From NCBI RefSeq assembly GCF_001194135.2, contig NC_068983.1, positions 28,842,783-28,881,115 on the forward strand: a DNA stretch of 38,333 bases. The letters run 5' to 3'. The DNA is from Octopus bimaculoides. Taxonomy: Eukaryota. Positions 33,823 to 38,333 of this stretch are shown here, piece after piece. The position numbers and the translations under genes are program-made. The notes below the pieces were generated by a model. That model was not told where the DNA came from and made no database searches. It worked only from the letters and a program-made list of their open reading frames with translations. Position 1 is the first letter of the stretch; each line of letters starts with the position of its first letter.

Positions 33823-35189
33823 TTAGAGGCCTAGTCCTTCCATGTCAACACCACAAAACTCCACATCACTCCTGCTGATCACCTCCACACATTTCTCCAC
33901 AGAAAAATCAACATCAATGGATGGGTGTAGGGATACTACATCCACACTGCCTATTATGCATCCCATCAGGTCTTAGGCATAGTTGCACTCATTGATTCTG
34001 CTAAGGAGGTCCTCTGTGCTGTTACACACATCTGGGGACATTTTTATCTGAGGGTGTATGATCATAGAGAGGAAGTAGGTGACCCGGTAGTTATTGGCAA
34101 CATTGGCTCCCACAGACTGGTCTTGTCGGTGGTCTGTCACTGGGTCAGTGTTCATCTTCTGGTCCTTGTACAGTCCATACAGTGCCAAGATGTCGTTATT
34201 AGTGACCTAGAAGTTGTTGGTTGTTCACGTTTTTGCCCCTAGGATGTTTGACCACATCATCATATGAGCTTTGAAGATCTTCTCTATCTCCTCATACTCT
34301 TGTATTGTTGTTTCCCTCATATTGGTGATGTGGGGTTGCATTGCCTGGATATAGTTTATTTCTTTACTGCCCACAAGGGGTTACACACAGAAGGGACAAA
34401 CAAGGACAGACAAACGAATCAAGTCGATTACATCGACCCCAGTGCATAACTGGTACTTATTTAATTGACCCCGAAAGGATGAAAGGCAAAGTCGACCTTG
34501 ACGGAATTTGAACTCAGAACATAGCGGCAGACGAAATACCACTAAGCATTTCACCCGGCGTGCTAACGTTTCTGCCAGCTCGCCGCCTTATATAGTTTGG
34601 CAGGCTTGCCTGGATATAGTTTGGCAGGCTATCTACCAACATTCTGCTGGACTTGTCTGTGGGAAAGCACACAAGTTCCCTATTTTTTGTGTGCTGTATG
34701 AGCTTGTGCAGGCGACCTGCAGACTTCTTGTCAAGTTGCTGTGCCTCTTGACCACTCCGTCTACTAGCATATTGTCCTAAAATTTGTCCTAAAGTTCAGT
34801 ACTGGCTATGGTGAAGCATGCTTCTATTTCGTCATTTGTCTGTTGAGGGATGCAAACTCTTTTGTTGAAGGGTAGGGTTGTCAGATAAATACAGCTCATA
34901 TCATGTGATTTATCTCATGGATATGTGTATTACTGTTGTCTGTAATGTTTGCATTGGTTTGCATGTTTACATGATTGTTTCCATTATTGATGTTGTAGTT
35001 GTTCAGAGCCTCATTATTACTGTTATTCTTATTGTCATTGCTGTTGTTGCTACTGTTATTATCATCCCCACCATTAATCTTATGGCTATTCTCTCCTGTT
35101 CTGCCGATCCTATGTGTGTTTTCATTATCTTCACTGCTGCTACTATGGCTATTCTGGCCCCTAAGTTTGGCATGCTTGTATCTCTCCAT
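33823..35189 (-). pseudogene. PLE ORF N-terminal region and RT N-terminal part, decayed, interrupted by a SINE
   Basis: LPFNKRV, ELVCFPTDKSSRM (34649-34672), LYGLYKDQK, frameshifted PPTRPVCG, and IGSVDVVSLHPSID (33913-33951); multiple stops. The 5' limit at ATG 35189 is tentative. Confidence 0.85.
34358..34589 (-). mobile_element. Young SINE family A inserted into the PLE RT, with a compound target duplication
   Basis: ttgcctggatatagttt at 34341-34357 and 34606-34622, plus extra atatagtttggcaggc at 34590-34605. Confidence 0.9.
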
Positions 35190-35529
35190 GTTTGTGGAGT
35201 AATAAACGAGTGAAGAAGTGTGTTTATCTGGCAAAAAAAAAATAAAAAAATTGACCATCCCGAAATACATGTTTCAACACACAATTTCACATCAGGAATC
35301 ATGCAACAAAAGTTGATAAACATGTATGTATGTATGTATGCATGTACACGACTGCAAAACAGCAAACAGTTTGCAGTCGTGTATGCTTGTCAAGAGCATG
35401 GCTCATTAGCCACCAACAGAGCCGCAAGTGAAAAATATAAATTAGTCCTAGAGCGCACAACGTTCCTGAAGGTCAGCAATGGTCTTCCTCGGTCACGAGT
35501 GGATGGCCATCATGTATGTACATATGTAG

Positions 35530-35775
35530 TTAGCTATGTGTGTCTGTCTTTGTATCTGTTTTTTTCCCCCCCACTACCATTTGATAATTGGTGTCAGTGT
35601 GTTTACGCCCCTGTAACGTAGTAGTTTGGCAGAAGAGATTGATAGAATAAGTACTAGGCTTTAAAAAAATATAAGCGCTGGGGTCGACTTATTCAACTAA
35701 AACCCTTTAATGTGGTGTTCCAACTGACCGTGATAAAAATGACGGAAACAAGCAAAAGAATAAGCGAATAAAAGA
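35530..35775 (+). mobile_element. Family B SINE 3' half
   Basis: gtgtttacgcccctgtaac...gatagaataagtactaggc...gaaacaagcaaaaga. Confidence 0.7.
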
Positions 35776-36519
35776 ATGGTCATGGGGGGATTGTCTTTTA
35801 CCATAGGTTTACATGATTGGATCAGACTTGGGGGCAAAACAATAACAAACTGAAATTAGTATGAGAGCAACTAGCATGTATCCTATTTTCCCAAATATTT
35901 TCCATATCTCAGCATTTCTCCCTACGGTCCTACTGTTTTGCCTGAAATACATATGAAAGAAAATAAATCTCTTTATGATAATTCTACAAGCAAGAAGAAA
36001 TTAGGTTTGCAAAAAGTCATAATCTATGGTTTCCTTAGTTTCAAAGAGAAATATATTTTATGAAAAAAAAAAAAATGTTAGTTTCTCAGATTGTTGTTGT
36101 TGTTGTTGTTGTTGTCGTTATTGGTTTAAGCATTTATATGACATCAGTGAATCATTATGGAAGAAGGTCACTTCTATGGTGAAGTGTGGTTTTCATCTTC
36201 CAGATAGTTCAGGATAAAACCAAAATTTTGCTAGCACTCAGTCAGAGGTTCAAATCAATAGAAATTAACAAAACTTTGTTACCTTGATAAAAAAATTGCC
36301 TTTCATAAGAAAATTATTCCAGAAATAGAAGCTCATTTACGATTGAGGATTTTGAAGTTAAAAGTAGTAGAAAATAAGTTATATTCCTTGTAAGAAGAAG
36401 AATATTTTCTGTTGGCTTCTAAAAAAATGTCATTCAATCCCATCAAGCTTCCTGAAAAAAATTGATATTCCTAATTGTGTACATTTTCTTAGGAATTACA
36501 TGATTCTTTTCATTTATTT

Positions 36520-36544
36520 GATACACACACACACACACAACACA

Positions 36545-36577
<33 letters not shown>

Positions 36578-36812
36578 ACACACACACACACACACACACA
36601 CACAACACACACACACACACATATATATATATAGATATATATATATATATATGCATACTTACATATCCACTGTCTGCAAAGTAAAGAAATAACAGAACAG
36701 ACACAAATTATTTACACACAAGTGTGTGTGTGTGTGTGTGTATAAATGTGAATATGTGTGTCTACATATGTATGTACACAGACACAGACACACACACATG
36801 TAAATATATGTA

Positions 36813-36883
<71 letters not shown>

Positions 36884-36917
36884 ATACACTGATATAGATA
36901 TAGATAAAGATATACAG

Positions 36918-36976
<59 letters not shown>

Positions 36977-37084
36977 TTCATGCATGCAAAAACACACATA
37001 CAAACAAATGCATATGTATGTGCCTTGCTATACATATGTGCACACAAATATACAGAAAAAGTTTGCATATAATTGTATGTATGT

Positions 37085-37119
<35 letters not shown>

Positions 37120-37120
37120 T
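36520..37120. repeat. Compound (CA/TA/TG)n microsatellite region
   Basis: Visible arrays. Confidence 0.97.
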
Positions 37121-37249
37121 AAAGAAAGAAGATATCTATTTTAAATCAGTTCATATCGATGGTTACATACATTAGATCACCCTGTAAGTTCAGAATTCTT
37201 CCAATAATTTTATACTGAACAAGTAAATAATTATAACAAATTGCTTTAG

Positions 37250-37267
37250 GAATCTAAATATAGCAAG
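37250..37267 (+). CDS. Candidate 18-nt microexon (ESKYSK or NLNIA depending on phase); host gene unknown
   Basis: ttgctttag|GAATCTAAATATAGCAAG|gtaagt; consensus donor, frame-preserving length; splice-signal evidence only. Confidence 0.3.
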
Positions 37268-37479
37268 GTAAGTTATATTTTTTGAAGAATCAGCACTACA
37301 TTAGTAACAAAGTTATCTACCAAACACCTATATTTAAACACGTGTGAGTCATAATGTGAAAATAATCCTGTGCTCAGACCACAGAGCTTCTTTCAGCAGT
37401 TTGGAATGTGTCTTGTATTTATTAGGTTCACCATTTCTGGGACCATTAGGGTTTGTCATTCTCTATCCAGCTGGTGTTA

Positions 37480-37620
37480 AGAAAGGTATCCAGCTATAAC
37501 ATAACCATGCCAAATCAGACACAGAAGTATGATGCAGGTTTCAGCCTGGTCAGCTCCTGTCAAACTATCCAACCCATGCCAGCATGAAAGGTGGACATTA
37601 AACTATGATGATGATGATTC
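37480..37620 (+). mobile_element. Family D tail, degraded
   Basis: ccaacccatgccagcatgaaaggtggacattaaactatgatgatgatg. Confidence 0.7.
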
Positions 37621-38000
37621 AAGAGAGCGCTGGCACTCTGCAGGTTAGAGGTAACAGTACTTAAGAACAAGAAAGGGCTCATAATGATGATTATATGTAC
37701 CTGAGATAAATTTAAAGTATATAAACTACACTTTTTAAGCCTTAGTTTGTAACTTAAAATGTTATTCTTTTCACAAAAAAAAAATAATTAAATTTGTCCT
37801 CATAGTTAAATCCTTAAAATCTCATTAAGAGGAGCTAGCTAGTAGTCTTTTTGTACAACCTTCAACCAAATGAAAAGAAGGGGCTCTGATTACACTCTGT
37901 AACACAATTTTTGTCCTTGAGAAGCAACTGTTATTTCTTATTTGCTTACCCCAAGAAAGTATGAAAAATGGCTAAAATTTCCTTCAAACTTTGCTTTTGT

Positions 38001-38190
38001 TACATTGCTTCAAAGCCCAAAGAATCCCTCTCAGTACATGGCTATGATGCCCCCCCCCCTCCCCATACTACTCTTGATCCTCATCAGAGATGCACATATT
38101 GTCAGCCACTAAGGGACGTGCTTATGTAGTTAAGGCCAAACAACAGACAAACAAATCTGTGGTATTGAGCAAAATATTTGCTATAATGAT
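38001..38190 (-). mobile_element. Family E fragment
   Basis: Reverse complement of ~10620-10800 (cccaaagaatccctc...atctgtggtattgagc). Confidence 0.75.
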
Positions 38191-38333
38191 ATTTCTGCTT
38201 CAGCAACTCAGACCTGAATCTGTCTGAAATGTAATGGAAAATAGGTCAGTTTCAAAACATTGATGTCCAGGTTACAAAAGCAAAGTTTGAAGGGAATAAT
38301 AGCCATTAGGAAGTAACATTAACCAAAGACCAA

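Larger units (their letters stand above)
32543..35268 (-). mobile_element. Penelope-like retroelement (Neptune-like architecture), decayed and internally deleted, with inverted terminal segments
   Basis: RT, Cys-rich linker and C-terminal GIY-YIG remnants on the minus strand; 32543-32622 is an imperfect inverted repeat of 35201-35268; hammerhead-like motif in the 3' end. Confidence 0.85.

Noticed and set aside
36341-36451. Minus-strand 111-nt open segment GSLMGLNDIFLEANRKY
   Set aside because: Moderate donor, no homology recognised, and splicing to the next acceptor gives an early stop. The resemblance to the AviTag is coincidental.
1-38333. Prokaryotic-type operon or defence system, or an intact host gene
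   Set aside because: No long clean ORF exists other than transposon remnants, and the sequence is animal non-coding DNA.

Overview
AT-rich, repeat- and microsatellite-dense eukaryotic DNA with five assembly gaps. The SINE families look like those I recall from octopus genomes, so the source is probably an Octopus short-read assembly (inference, not verified). No intact host protein-coding gene is demonstrable, and almost every ORF in the supplied track is an artefact of N-runs, microsatellites or SINEs. Real coding remnants are all transposon-derived. (1) A decayed, internally deleted Penelope-like retroelement (minus strand, ~32543-35268) with RT, a Cys-rich linker and a GIY-YIG endonuclease, an inverted terminal repeat pair and a hammerhead-ribozyme-like motif in its 3' end. 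(2) A decayed RTE-clade LINE (minus, ~30290-31760). (3) A mariner deletion derivative encoding only the HTH DNA-binding region (plus, ~22945-23630). About 40 SINE or LINE-tail fragments fall into families labelled here A-E, several with clear target-site duplications. The most unusual details are an 89-bp direct repeat flanking one SINE, a ~180-bp near-perfect palindrome, two hammerhead-like cores, a compound target-site duplication and a candidate 18-nt microexon. Boundaries of degraded repeats are approximate.
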